From Camelus dromedarius (lineage: Eukaryota): a DNA stretch of 64,000 nucleotides. The first letter of the stretch is position 1; each line of letters starts with the position of its first letter. Shown piece by piece: positions 24,851-38,599 of the stretch. A program made the translations under genes and the position numbers. The stretch covers positions 95,978,001 through 96,042,000 of the forward strand of contig NC_087436.1 in NCBI RefSeq assembly GCF_036321535.1, given 5' to 3'. The notes under the pieces are model-generated. The model saw nothing but the letters and a program-made list of their open reading frames with translations. It did not search any database and had not been told where the DNA came from.

Positions 24851-27800
24851 CAATATTCATAGGGAAGACTAAACGTTGTGGAATTCACTTGATCTTCAGC
24901 TGAATTCTAAAGTCGTCAGACTCAGGCAGAGCCTCCTGTTTCCTGAGAACACTTCTATGCAGACAGGTAGTTATGATCTGAAGCAGAGTGTGCCTTGCCA
25001 TGCATCCATGCCTTTCCCTTTCCTCCCAGCTAGACTCCATTTCCCAGTTGCACAATGGATTGCTGGTAAGTGGAATAGACAGAATTTATGTCTGGCATTT
25101 CCAGATTTGACCTATAAAAATCTTCTTTCTTCCCCTTTCTGCTGACTGAACTTCAACATTCAGGGCGACTCTGGAAGGAGATGTTGAAGGTGTCAGAGCC
25201 TCCAACTGCCTGGTCCTTGACTGTCTATGCAGCAGACCTTACATAAACCACCGCCAACTGGACTTGGGGTGAGTGGGAGACGAGTGAGAGATAAGCTTCC
25301 TTTGTGGACAGTGACCAAGATTGGGGAGTTTGTCTCTTATAACATTTAATGTTACCTTAACTAATATATAAGTGGAGAAAAGCTTTTTATTGGGGAGCGT
25401 AATGGCTAAGAATGGAGGTGGATGAGCTTGGAATCCCCACTATGCCACTTACTAGGTGTCTGACTTTATAACTCTCTCTGAGCCTCAGGTTCCTCTGCTC
25501 TAAAATGGGAATAATAACACTACTATCCCATGGCTACGTGGTAAGGAATTACTATGTATAATATCTACATGTGTAATTCCATATGTTATTCCTATATCAT
25601 ACTCTGTGTAATTAGTGAGAACTCAATAACTGTTAGCCATTTTTGCTATGAGTCAATGAGAAAGAAAATTTGGTCTTAACAGTAGCTTCCCTTGCTCATG
25701 TGTATCGCACATAACTGTGAGATGCATCAATATAAGTTAAACAAAGTACCATTTCTAGACAAATGGAGCTTCATTATATAGTCAGTCCCATGGCCCCTGA
25801 ACTTTCTTTCTGGTGTTGCCGCTAGGTTTTTCCACTGCAGTGGTTGGAAAATAACGTGGCTGATTCCATCTTCCTAGGGAAACTTCAGTGTGCAATTGAG
25901 AGGGTAAAAAGGAATAGGTCAAAAGGACTTTATAAACCACAGCCTCACCTGACCTCCCCAGTTAGGACTGATGGCTCTTTCCTGCGAGCCTTCCCTGCAC
26001 ATGTGACTTGATGACATTTGCTTGTTGCCCAGCTGGCCTCTCTGCATCAGCATAGAGGTGCGGAGGGGCAACCAGTGATTCCTGAGCCCATGGCATCCGA
26101 GTCTTTGATGTCCACCCTTCACTGTGCCTTGGCAACTGCTCTTCTCCCCTGAGGTCACTCCTTGCCTGTGGCCACTGTGTCCTCCAGCATATGTCAGCCT
26201 TCCCAGGCTGTCAGTCTGTTTCTGAAGCCCAGCACAAAGTTAAAGGGCTTCCATCAATGCCCCGTTGCTTGTTATTCCTCATCCTAGATTTTCTTGGCCT
26301 TTCCCTTGTTAGCTCTTGTGCTGCCCTAAAATCTGCATTTTGACATTCAGGCTGGTATTCTTCCTTGTTACGGCATGTCCAGCACTAATCAACTGATCAT
26401 TTTGAGAGCCAGTGCTTAAAAACTGTTAGCCAGCAATGGCAACAGAGAGGGCACAACAGAGGAGTGATCCTTATTTCAAAGCATCTCAACTCAAGGAGGG
26501 ACGGCTGCTCTCATGGTTGCAGTAGGGATGGACCGCGGGGTCTGCTGCATTTTCCTTAGTGGTGTACTGCTCCATGTGATGCTTTGTTCATTTTTGGCTC
26601 AGAAAAGAGAGACAAATAGTGTATAATAAATCAGCACTACTCCAGGGCTGCAGTACATAAGATATGAATTTACTGGCAAAAGAGAAACCTTTAAAGAAAG
26701 TTATAAAACCTTTCTAAAATAGTAGACATAGTTTTATTATGAAACTTCGTACAAATGACCTTTCTGTATATTTTAAATCAGTTTATTTGGGACAAGTCTT
26801 TTGTCCCAGGATGAAGGATATGTCTAAAAGGAAAGCAGACAATAGGTATATGGAAAGTCTGTTCCCTGTCATTTTTCTGGTTGGCTTTGTTCTATTTGCT
26901 CTGAAGACTGTTAGAAGGAAAATATTAGAAGCAGAAATTTTGTCAGAAGGATACCACCTATTACGGCCAGGTATGTGCAGCCTTAGTATTCACACAATTA
27001 GAGTTTTAAAGACTTAATGTTTAACCACCGTCACTAATCATTAAGCTCATTCACATTTTCTACTTTGAGCACGTCACTGAAGGTCACAGGTCATTTCTTT
27101 TTGGTCATGACTTAGTCATGTGAACTTTGGCCAAGCTTACCTATGACTTTTGTCATAAGAAAGACTTTCTCAGGGAGATAAGATGTTTTTCCTTCAGTTC
27201 ATGATGGCCAAATTAGGAGTCTGAGCACATAAAATAGTATGTCCATATTTTCTTAAACAGATATATTCATGATCTACATTTTATCCATGAATTCACTGTT
27301 TATTGGATGGCTTTTTGTTTATGCACTATACCTGGTCCTCCAGGGATTTGATGAAAAGTGAGACATGGTCTCTGCCCCCAAAGAGAGTCTCTGGATGGAG
27401 ATAAAATGTTTAATTTAATAACTAGACAGACTGAAATGTGAGAGCCAGCACAAGGTGTATTTGATTAAGCATCATTTGAGTGGAAGAGAGATAGCACATT
27501 TAGAGTTCTGAAAGGAAAGAGCTGACTGAAGACAAATCAGAGAAGCTTCTAAAAAGGAAAAGGAGATGAAATTGGTAGAATTTGAAGTAACCAGGGTCAG
27601 TGGAGGAAATGATGTGAGCAAAGGTTCCCAGAGATTTGTTATTTACCCTCTTGAACTTGATTTCTCTGTCAGTCCTGGAATCAGTAAATACATAAACCCC
27701 GAGTAAACAGTTTAATCATGGCAGCAGGGTGGTGGGCTCTCTGCTGTGCGCTAGACGGTTATGTGCACCAGTGATAGGTGGAGCCAGAGGCACTCACAAT

Positions 27801-27919
27801 CAATGACAAAGCAAATAAATGAAAAATACATCAGTACATCTGAGAATTAAACATAACTCTAAGAAGACTCAAAGGGCAAGCTTGCTCTCTCTTCTTATTT
27901 TTACTGGTCCTTGAGTTTG

Positions 27920-28118
27920 ACTGGAGTTTCCAGCACTACTGATATTTTGGGCAGGTAGTTCTTTGACGTTTGGTGCCGTCCTGTGCATTGTTGAATGCGT
28001 AACGGCTAGATGTCAGTAGCATTCCTCCCCACTTGCCAGGGGTGAGACCAAGCATGTCGGCGAGCATAGCCAAATGTCTCCTCGGGGTCAAAGATCACTC
28101 CTATGGAGAAGCACTGGC
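27920..28118. mobile_element. MER20 hAT-Charlie MITE
   Basis: cactactgatattttgggcagg...gtcctgtgcattg...ctagatgtcagtagca...gccaaatgtctcct...gagaagcactg. Confidence 0.75.
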
Positions 28119-28319
28119 TTAGACAAATGAATGTATTAAAAAAAAAACAAAGCCTTGGGTAGGTTTAACAAAGGATCTCATGTGCAGGGGTAGAGTGCAA
28201 GGTTAGCACAGAAAGATAGGGAAAAAAAGACATTTAAAACATTTATGCAAGGAAGTTTACTTTCATTTATTCCCCTTAGTCTCTACTTCCAGGAGAAAAC
28301 ATACAAAATAATATTTCTG

Positions 28320-30162
28320 GGCCTTGCGGCTGCGATGGCTGCCCCAGGCAGGCGTGGGGCTGCGTTCCTTCGGACCTTATTAGGGGTCTGGCAGCGGGGC
28401 CCCGATGCCGCGAGGGAGTGGGTGGCCCTGCTCCCCTCGCCCTTGGGCTGTCCGCGGAGGTGCGTTTCCTGTGCCGCGGGCCCTGCTTTCTCTGGTCCCC
28501 TCCTGGCCTCAGCTTCTCGCCCCTCTGGCCAGAACTCAGCCCTGGACTGCTTCCTTGGACTCTCTCAGCCCGACAGTTCGTTGACTTGTCCCGCCCCCGC
28601 CGTGTCCATACGCAAAGATGAGCAGGATCTCCTCTTGGTCCATCGCCCCGACATGCCTGAGAACCCCCGGGTCCTACGAGTGGTCCTCCTGGGTGCCCCG
28701 AACGCAGGGAAGTCAACCCTCTCCAACCAGCTGCTGGGCCGAAAAGTGTTCCCGGTCTCCAAGAAGGTGCACACCACTCGCAGCCAAGCTCTAGGGGTCA
28801 TCACAGAGAAAGAAGCCCAGGTGATTCTGCTTGACACACCTGGCCTCATCAGCCCTGCTAAACAGAAAAGGCACAATCGGGAGCTCTCTTTGTTGGAAGA
28901 TCCATGGAAGAGCATGGAATCTGCTGATCTGGTTGTGGTTCTTGTGGATGTCTCCGACAAGTGGACTCGGAAGCAGCTCAGTCCCCAGTTGCTCCAGTGC
29001 CTGATCCAGTTCTCCCAAGTCCCCAGCATCCTTGTTATGAACAAGATTGCCTGAAGCATAAGTCTGTTCTCCTGGAGCTCACAGCGGCCCTCACTGAAGG
29101 TGTGGTCAACGGCAAGAATCTCAAAATGAAGCAGGCCTTCCACTCACAGCCGGGCACTCATGCCCCTAGCCCAGCAGCTAAGAGCCCAAACACACAGTCT
29201 GTGGGAAACCCTCAGAGGACTGGCTGGCCCCACTTCCAGGAGATCTTCATGCTGTCAGCCCTAAGCCCAGAGGATGTCAGGACACTAAAGCAATACCTCC
29301 TGGCGCAGGCCCGGCCAGGGCCCTGGGAGTTCCACAGTGGAGTCCTTACCAGCCAGACACCTGAGGAGATCTGCACCAACATCATCCGAGAGAAGCTTCT
29401 AGAGTACCTGCCCCAGGAGGTGCCCTACAGTGTCCAGCAGAAGACAGTGATGTGGGATGAAGGGCCAAATGGGGAGCTGGTGATAGAGCAGAAGCTTCTG
29501 GTGCCCAAAGAATCTCATGTGAGGATCCTGATCGGTCCAAAGGGACACCTGATCTCCCAGATCGCACAGGAGGTGGGCCGCAACCTCATGGACATCTTCT
29601 TCTGTGAAGTTCAGCTCCGCCTAGCTGTGAAACTCCTCAAGTGACCACCCTCTGCTGTCTTTCCCAGGGCGTCCCAGCCCAAGCTGCTGGCTGGAGCCAC
29701 TGACTGGAACTGCCCCTGCCCGGGGCCTGCAGGGACTGGGGAGGGGCATGGACACTGACTGGCTGACTGCTGTCTGGGCTGGCCTGGCCTTGCCAAGTCT
29801 GCACAGCCCCTGCCCAGCCATGCCTCCTGTTGGAGGAAGGAACCTACCTTAGCTCAGTTCCCAGGTAGTTCCTCTGCCTAGGGCTATGGCTACTTAGGCC
29901 TTAGAAGCTGGCCCTTTGGTGAGGGAGTGATGTGGCACTGCTTCCACCTGACGTTGGGCCCAGTGTTTCTCCCTGAGTTGCTAGTTGTTAGCAGAGAGAT
30001 CTTTTTTCCTCTCCCCTCAATTCTTCCACCTTGAGGCTAGGCAAGGACTCATGTGTCTGAGTGAGATAATGCCTCCCACCTGCTCCTCCAGTCCTTGACT
30101 CCTCCCACTCCATCCATTCTCTCATTTTCTCCAGTCTTGGATGCTAATAAAATTAAAAGACA

Positions 30163-30193
<31 letters not shown>
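28320..30193 (+). pseudogene. ERAL1: Processed pseudogene (retrocopy) of ERAL1, mitochondrial Era-like GTPase
   Basis: Intronless. ATG 28335 (MAAPGRRG...), G1 GAPNAGKS, G2 HTTR, G3 DTPG, G4 broken at NK/D, C-terminal KH region ending AVKLLK-TGA (29642-29644). One frameshift at ~29045. 3'UTR, AATAAA 30146-30151, A28 tail 30166-30193, flanking direct repeat atttctg (28313-28319 / 30193-30199). Confidence 0.96.
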
Positions 30194-30199
<6 letters not shown>

Positions 30200-33100
30200 A
30201 AAGAGCCACCACCTGTCTTGAGCTCTTTAAGCCAAGGCTTGGATGTTCTTGGCAGCTGACCTCTGCTGGCTGAGTGCAGGAACTTTCTGAGCCCAGTCCC
30301 GTGAAGACACTCACATTTTTCAGCGACTGATCAACTTCAGGGCAGGGTCTTGGGTGAAGCTGGTCGAGGCAGATGGCCTTTTCCCAGGGTTTACAATGCA
30401 ATGGAGTGTGAGATACGGGGAGCATGTTCCGTTGACTAAGTCCCACAGAAACGACCTTCCATGTCTGGAGGCAGTGCAAGCCGAATTGCTCAGCCCTTGC
30501 TGGGCAGTGCTCTCCAGGACGGTGGAGCCAACACCGGGATCGATTCTCACTGCTATGCAGAATTACCTCATCAATACTGGCGATGGTCTCTTCTCAGTCT
30601 CTAGGGCTGTAAGCATTGGTATCCTTTTAAGTAATGCATTATCTTTTATGTACGAAAGTAGAGCATATTTTTATCTAATCATCTGGCACGAGAATTCCTT
30701 TTAGAGAGAGAGCTGACTTTTTTGGAAATAAAAAATGTGGTGAATATTTGGAATGGAGCAAGAGATGTCTAAGTTATGTAAGAAAGGCCATTACGGTTAC
30801 AAATGCTTTGTGTGAAACAAGGGGATAATTCTGCTTTGCCTTTTGGAGGAGATGATGAAATGGAAGAGGAAAGGAGAAGAGAAAAAGAGAGAGGAGGAGA
30901 GATAAGCAAGCTGGCAAAAGTTATGTAATCTTCACCTTCCCTGGGACCCCCAGAATATCACAGCAAAATCTTTATCTGTTAGAGACGTATTAGGCTACAA
31001 GTCATAGAATACCAGACTCCTGGTGGCTTAAATAAGTGTGATTTTATTTAAAATCAGAGGTACGTAGTTGTTGGCATGGATTCAGCAATCGGTGACACCA
31101 TCAAGGACCTAGGTACTGTCTTTATTTCTACTTTGCCATCCTTTGTCTGCTGGCTTTTGTGCTCATGCTTGCTGCATTGCGGTCTCAGGGAGCTGCTGTG
31201 GGCTCACATATTAAATCCATATCCAAGGCAGGAAGAAGGGAAGAAAGAGAAAGACTACCAATGATGGGCGTATTCTTTTTTAAGAAGGTAAAATCTTTCC
31301 TAGAAACATCCCCAGCAAGTTTCTACTTACATCACATGGCCTCCCTGAACTCAAGGGGTGAAAGGACATAATTCGCTTTTTTATCTTCTTCAATGGAGGC
31401 AGGCAAGGGAGGTGGCACGGTGCGGGGTGGGCCAGCCTACCCCATCTGCTCCATCTACTGTGCTCGTAAAAGTTGGCTGTGTGCGAGCTCGTTTGGGAAA
31501 TGAAAGAGGATGGTGAGTTTCGTACTGGAAGTGATCTGGTGTGAGCAGAAGCAGTTCATGGGAAAGTCAGATGTCAGAGAGCAGAGGCGACCAGGAGAAT
31601 GCAGCCCTCCAGGATGAGCAGAAATCATGGTGAGAGCTTTGGGCCTACACAGGCTGTGAATCTGAAGGGCAAGGCAATCATAACAATTAGATCTCATGGC
31701 TGATGTCTGGTTTATATTAACCTCTAGTTAACCCCCAATTCCTACTAATTCTTCTCTGTTGTCTTAAAATTTGCCACAGTCCCTTCTTCTTTAACTTCAC
31801 CGCTAATGTCTTCCATGCCATTCCTGAAATTTTCACCACCTTCTGCTTTTCTCCATCTAGTCCAGCCTCGTGTAGCTTGTTGGGGTCTAGCTGTTGCCGC
31901 ATACCTGGAAGCTGCAAAACTGCTTTCAGGCAGAAAGAACATCAAGAATAAATGACTAGAAAATGGAATGTGTTGAATGGTGGTAAGAAATTAACAACAG
32001 AAGTAGTTGTCTTAATATGGGGGTTGAGATGTTTCCTCTTTTGCTCCTGAGAGCTCGGTTCTCCAATATAGAGGTCCTGCAGCCTCAATTCTTCAGCTCC
32101 TGCCAGAGCAGCATAGAGTCCCTTTGAATTCCCAGGCACAAAGAAGGCCCCCAATAAAATTTTGGGGGGCAAACTATTTGTAAATTTCAAATAGGTAAGT
32201 TACATCTCTCCGTGGCCAGCAACAGAAATACAATTATATTAAAACAAACTTTGAACAGTAACCATAAATAGGATATGTGTTTTAGAGTAGCATTTGATTA
32301 TCTTGAGAAAATGCTTAAAATATCTTGCTAAATGGAAGAAGTGGGCTCCAAAACAGCATATATGACCTGAGATTTTTTTTTTTTCACATCCAGAGATAGA
32401 GGGAGAGAGGGAGGCATGGCATCATACATGCATCTTAGGCACCACGTTTAGAATTTAATCTCTAGTGAGGTGTGGCTCCATTACCATGTTTAATCCACAC
32501 AATAAAGCAATCTATTAATATGTATCAAGGTTATAACTGCTTAATACTAAAACATAACAAAGTAGATACTGCCAGCAAGCAATACAACTTTAGAATTCTC
32601 CACCCTCCTTCCTATTTTAAGATATTGCTTTTGTTTTTTCTTTTAGTCTAGCTGAGTGGATATCAAACTTTAGTATACACAGGAAGCACTTTACAGACTT
32701 GTGAACATAAAACCATGGATACGGAACCTTATGAGTGATTTAAGGATAGTTCAGGGATGGTTTACATGTTTTTCCCCCTTATTAGCTGACTTGAGAATTA
32801 AACCTTGAAGCACTTGCTACTTTACCTTATTTACATAAAAATAGATTCAAATGGATATAATGTATGTGAGAAGGTTGACTGTGTTTATTTTTGAAAATGG
32901 GATTATGAAAAAAAACTTTATTCTCATCTATAGTGTCTAATTTTTCTGCATTGGAGCTTTTCTAATCATAAAAAAGTTATTTAAAAATAATAAAATGATG
33001 AAAGCTCATTGACAGTGCTCATTTGATTTTCTTCCCCCAGGAGCTTCTCAGCAGCTTGACGGTAGAGCTTGTTACAAAAGCTGCCAGGCAGATTCTAGAT

Positions 33101-36100
33101 GCTAACCACACTCAGGGGTCAGCTCCAGGACCCATGGATCTGAGATCTTTGATTTTAAGATGGCTATCAACAAGGGTCTTCCCACGTGGTCATTTCCAAT
33201 AGGGTGACAGAATGGGAGAATAAATCAATCCAGGTGTATTTAGGTACAAATTAATCAACTCACTAATCAAAATAGGTTACAATGCAAGATTACAAATTCT
33301 CAGAGCATCTTTGTTCTATGTCTCTCTTTCAGATTATCAGCTTTGTGATTTATTTATTTGTGTACAGTCATAGTTTTTGCTAACCACACAGTATTGTTGC
33401 AGTCACAGAGCTAAGAATTCTGAATTTCCCCATGCTTAATTGATTCTTAGGAGAGACTGCTTTATGCAATAGGAGAATTTGATAAGACAAATGAGTATCG
33501 CTGCTTTTTAAAAAGCATGTAGAAACTCAACCAGTTTACCTACTGTATGCTGTTGAGCTGGTATGCAAATACATTTTGTGTGCCCAGGATTTTTTCCTGG
33601 GCTTTTAGGGTGTGGAGCCAGGATGCCCTTTCTCTGTGCTTCCAAAGTCCTTTCATCTTGGTATATACTCAGGAACTGCAGGTCATATTTTTAAAGAATA
33701 AAGAAACAGATATAAAGCATCCTCCCAAACTAAGCTTTGTTGAGCTAAGTTTCCTTTGAGGTTGAGAAATCTATTTGTCTAGTAGGACAACGAAGATCAA
33801 TGGCCCATCTCGGAGCACTCCCTCCCTGGGAAATTGCTGTGATTTGCAGCCCAGCTCCTTTCTGCTCTTTAACTATGTCTCAGCCTAGACAGCTTTGAAA
33901 GTCCAGAAGCAGCCATAAAAGAACCTACAAAGGAAGTGTCCAGATGCCATGGAGAAAGGGGACAGAGTAAAAAGCAGGCCATTTATTTTTATGTCCTTCT
34001 TTGCTTTTGTTTCCCCTCCTTATCTATTCTCCCCATGAGCTGCTCCGAAATTGGGGGGATGAGAAAAAACTCATCACCTTAAAACCCATTTCCCAATGGT
34101 GGAGGGATTGAAGTTACTAATTTTTTTTTCTTTCAGCAGAAAATAGAAGCGTACAGGATAAAGGTATGGAAGAGACTGTAAAGCTAGAGAGTTTATTCAC
34201 ATTCGTCTCTAAATGGGTGAGCATCAGTGCAGAGTTTTGTTTTGTTTTGTTTTAGTTCAGCCTGATGAATGGCCTTCGCTTCCTCAGTGAGATCACCACA
34301 TTTGCAGAGTGCAAACTCTTTCTCTGATTAAGGGTTTGCTTCTCCGTGGGTGGGGCCGTGGGAGAAACCACAAAGGACAAAGCAGTTCTTACAGCCCAGC
34401 GGATGGTGTAGATAACATGCTTTAAGAGGTTATAAAAGAAGGTCACCAAGACCAACCATGCATTCTGCCACAGTGTGACACCACCCTCCTCCCACATCAG
34501 AATCCCCGAGTAAGGTTTCTGGGAGGCTTTAATTCATCATTAAGCTTCCGCAGGATATCCTTTGAGAATAAGTAGAATGAAAAGTCTTCTTAGGTCAGCT
34601 TTCTCTTTTCTGGTAGCAGTAATTGTTTAGTTAATTATTTGTATTCATTCAGATTCATCAACCTTCACATATTTTTAAATGTAAGAAATATTTTCAAATG
34701 GAGGACAGTGATGATTTTCTTTAGAAGCATTCCATATGGCTATAATTCTAGCTTTTTGCTATTGAGAATAGTGAGTTATTTTAAACTGTTATTATGAGCC
34801 TACTCTTTCCTGTCTTGGCAGAGCCTGTCATCGCTGCTTACCCAACCTGCAGGTAGGAGGGTGATCAAGATCGTTGAAACACTGTTGTATGGGTCAGTGA
34901 CTCTGCCTGCTGGGTGGAGGGCATGGCTGCCGGCAGCAATTACAGTCCAACCAACCGACGCACATTTACCATTGAGCCAAGCACAATGCTCCGCACCGTG
35001 GGAATAGATAAAGAGGTACTGGCGTGGTGCGGATTCTCAAGAGAAAGGGGCGGGGATTAATAGTCAATAAGTGCTCACCATATACTTGGCACTGTGCCAG
35101 CCATTACAGACACACACAAAGAGATCCAGGGCATGGCTGCTGCCCCCAGGGAGCAGGCAAGCTAATTGAAGAGTAAAATGCATACACACAGACACACACA
35201 GACACACCCCCCACCTTACATCCTTACATCCTCTTTAGAACAGACAAAGCTCTGATCCTCACAACTTAATGAGATTGGCGCTATTATTTTTCCCATTATG
35301 CAGCTATGGAAAGTGAGGAAGAGAGTTAGGCTGATAGGCAGTAGAGCTGGGATTTTAACCCAGGCAGTCTTGCTGTAGTTCTCATGCTATTAACCCTATA
35401 GACTACATGGCATAAAGATAAGTAAGTTATAAAATGAAACTAATCAAGTAGCCTTCATGTTCTGAATTCTAGCTATCTAGAATCAGGAACTGATTAGGTG
35501 TGTGTGTATTTATATACACTAGCATATTTCTCTGACTGCTCAGAGCCCTCACTAGCCATACTTTTACTACGTGCTATTTGAAATATAGGAACAAAGTAAT
35601 TTCAGACAATATGGTATCCCTTGTTACCCACAGTAGCTATCCAAACTTTCACCATTCAATATTAGAAACTGAATAACTTAGAGAGAAAGTAAGACTTGTA
35701 TAAAAGTGCCAATAAATAATTGGAGCAAATAATGAATGCAATAGGAGAGGGATTTGAAATAAAATCTTCAAGGATAAATAAATGTTAGTCCAAAGATGAA
35801 GGAGAAAGCCAGAATGGCCAAGGCACACAGGCAAGGAATAACAACTTGCATTCAAAACAAGAGGATTGGAAAGCCTGCATATGGAGAGCAGGGCCAGAGA
35901 TGAATCTAGACAGGGAAGCAGGGGCTAGATTGTCAGGGCATTGATTGGACTTCGTCCTGTAGACAATGGTACATCACTGGTAATTTTAAGCAGGTGAATG
36001 ACATAATCATATCTGTGAATTAAAAAGCTTATAATGGCTTTGGTATTTTAAAAGGCTCAGTGTTAAATGGCTTCTTCATGTTGGGAATATTTTGTGGAAG

Positions 36101-37185
36101 GAGAGCTGCATTTTGTTTGTAAATGGTATAGGTATTATCTACATTTATAAAGGGCTCTGAGCTCTTCAGAACAACATGGCAGTTTGCTTCTTCAAGGCCA
36201 ACAGGAGACAGTCTTCTGCTGCTTTGAATCTCTGACTTCAATCTGACCTATAGACTTTCCCCCTCCATGGTTTCATCTGATTAGGTCAGGGCCACTCAAG
36301 GTAACCTCCCTTTTGAATAACTTAAAGTCAACTGATTAGGAATCCTCATTACAGCTGTGAAATCCCTTGTCCTATGTTATATAAAGTAACCCAATCATGG
36401 CAGTGAAATCTTACATACAGTGGCAATCTCGAAGAACATTTTAAAATTCTGCCACCATAGGTATCATTACAAAGGGAAGCTACCCTCTCAGAGGCTACCC
36501 TGGGGTACCTCTGTCTACCTTGCTAAATGCTTTCCTCCTCCAGACACCAGCAGTCATGGCTGCAAATTTGGGACCCCAGTATGAAACAGCTGGCTTTAAT
36601 TTGGTACTTCTTTTAACTCAGATGTGCAAATAATAAAATGGGCCACTTGTGAACATGCTAGTGTACCTTGTCACTATTTGCATTTCTAGGGTTACTCCCC
36701 TATGAAAGTGGGTATAAAGAGGAACACTTTGAAAATTAGTTGCTGTTTATTTTGGCTGGAGTGGCAGTGATAGCTATGTATTCAACTGCCTCTGTCTCCT
36801 TTTCCTCCAGCGTATAGAACCTCTTGTATGTCTAGACTTTGGATGTGTGATCTGGTTAACTACCATCCCACACAGTCTTCTCCTCCATAGGTTTCTTGAC
36901 ATCTGGGAAGCTGGAACTCAGAGGACTCAATGTCCTGGAAGATGGTGGAGACACAAGGTTGAAGGAGCCTAAGGCCCAAGTAATTTTTTGATAGAGAGTC
37001 ACACAGGAGGGCTGCCTGTCCAGGAATATCTCTATTGAAATATTTCATGAGTGAAAATGAACCTTTTATGTCAAGCACTGACATGCTGGAGCTGACTGTT
37101 ACAGCAGTTAATCCCCCCTGGCTGGAACAGCTGGGTTTTGCACTGCTTGTGGCCACAGGGTTCATAACTGATGCTTATATGAGCG

Positions 37186-37652
37186 CAGTTGGCCCTTAGT
37201 ATCTGCAGGTTCCACATCACAGATCCAACCAACAAATATTTGAAAAAAATTCCAGAAATTTCCAAAAAGCAAAACTTGGATTTGCCACTCTGCCAACTAT
37301 TTATGTAGCATTTATATTGTATTTACAACTATTTACACAGTATTAGGTATTATAAGCAATCTAGAGGTGGGGAGGGTGTAGCTCAAGTGGTCGAGCGCAT
37401 GCTTAGCATGCACCAGGTCCTGAGTTCAATCCCTAGTACCTCCTTTAAACATAAATCAATAAATAAACATAATTACCCCCACAAACAAACAAAAAAAGTG
37501 AACAATCTAGAGATGATTTAAAGTATATGGGAGGATGTGTGTAGGTTATATGCAAATACTACACCATTTTATATTAGGGACTGGAATATCCACAGATTTT
37601 GATACCCACGAGGAGTCCTAGGACCAACCCTCAGCCAGCTGAGAGACGACTT
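37186..37652. mobile_element. Tigger3-like TcMar DNA transposon split by a SINE
   Basis: cagttggcccttagtatctgcagg...ttaggtattataag[SINE]atgatttaaagtatatgggaggatgtgtgtaggttatatgcaaatactacaccatttt. Confidence 0.8.
37367..37502 (+). mobile_element. Camelid tRNA-derived SINE (Vic-1-like)
   Basis: A/B boxes; perfect TSD caatctagag at 37357-37366 and 37503-37512. Confidence 0.92.
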
Positions 37653-38599
37653 TATCATTAATCTACTTGCTACTGTTACTTTTATTTTTTTAAATAAAAA
37701 TCATAATTTGTATCTTATGAGTATTAGAACCAAGAAAATGAAAGAAAATATTTACTGTATGGGGGAGTTAAATAGTATTCAGCTTCTTTTTCTTTCGACT
37801 TACATAATCTATTGAAGTTTTAGGGCAATGTCTGCATAAATCTACTTGTAACAGGAAAATAAATTTTCTCTCATTAGTTAAAATATTCTTTTGAAATTAG
37901 TAATTTAGAAATCCAATTTATTTCCTTTTTAATAATCTAATTAATTTATATAAACATTGTTCCAGACTAGAGTCCAAGTATATTGAATGGCTACATAGTG
38001 AAAACCAGGAAATAAAGTGGCTGCTTATCGAGTTGGCACCTATGTTTTCAAGTTCACCTTGCTTACCTTCTGTTTTATGAGCAACAATGCCATTGCTTAC
38101 AATTTAGCTATTTCCAGGAACCCACTATGTGATTTTAATGACCCTACTGTATGACATTTTTATTTGCACACTGAACTAAAAAAGAGTCAATACTCTTATT
38201 ATTTCATGGACTTTACTGATTTCAATCAAAGTAGGAATATCTTTAGTCTGAGTTAACATATCCCCACAGGAATGAATTGTTAGAAAAAAAGCAAGGTAAG
38301 AAAAAAACAACAAAAACAATGACAAACAGTAAATAGAACAGAAAAACAATGCTTGAATTATGATAATTCAGATAAAATAAGAAAGATGACCAACTGCAAG
38401 AATAATGAACATAAGGGAAATCAAATAAGGGATATGTGAGCTGGAAGAAAAGCAAAAATCTATATAGATAAACATTTTGTAAATTATAGGCCTAAGAAAG
38501 AAAAGAGAGAATAAGAGAAACCACTCCAAACTTAAGAGAGACAAGGCATATTCACCGAAGAACAGTAGCAAGGAGAGAAAAGAATGTAAAGAGTATTAA

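Noticed and set aside
28245..28334. Upstream in-frame ATG adding 30 aa to the ERAL1 copy
   Set aside because: Derived from AT-rich flank outside the TSD; a chance open frame.
28961..29644. 227-aa ORF as a separate gene or programmed frameshift
   Set aside because: It is simply the post-frameshift half of the ERAL1 pseudogene. It has no ATG at its listed start and no slippery heptamer at the junction.
32146..32170. Hairpin gcccccaa-N-ttgggggc
   Set aside because: Short stem that is expected by chance or from a MITE remnant; no other support.
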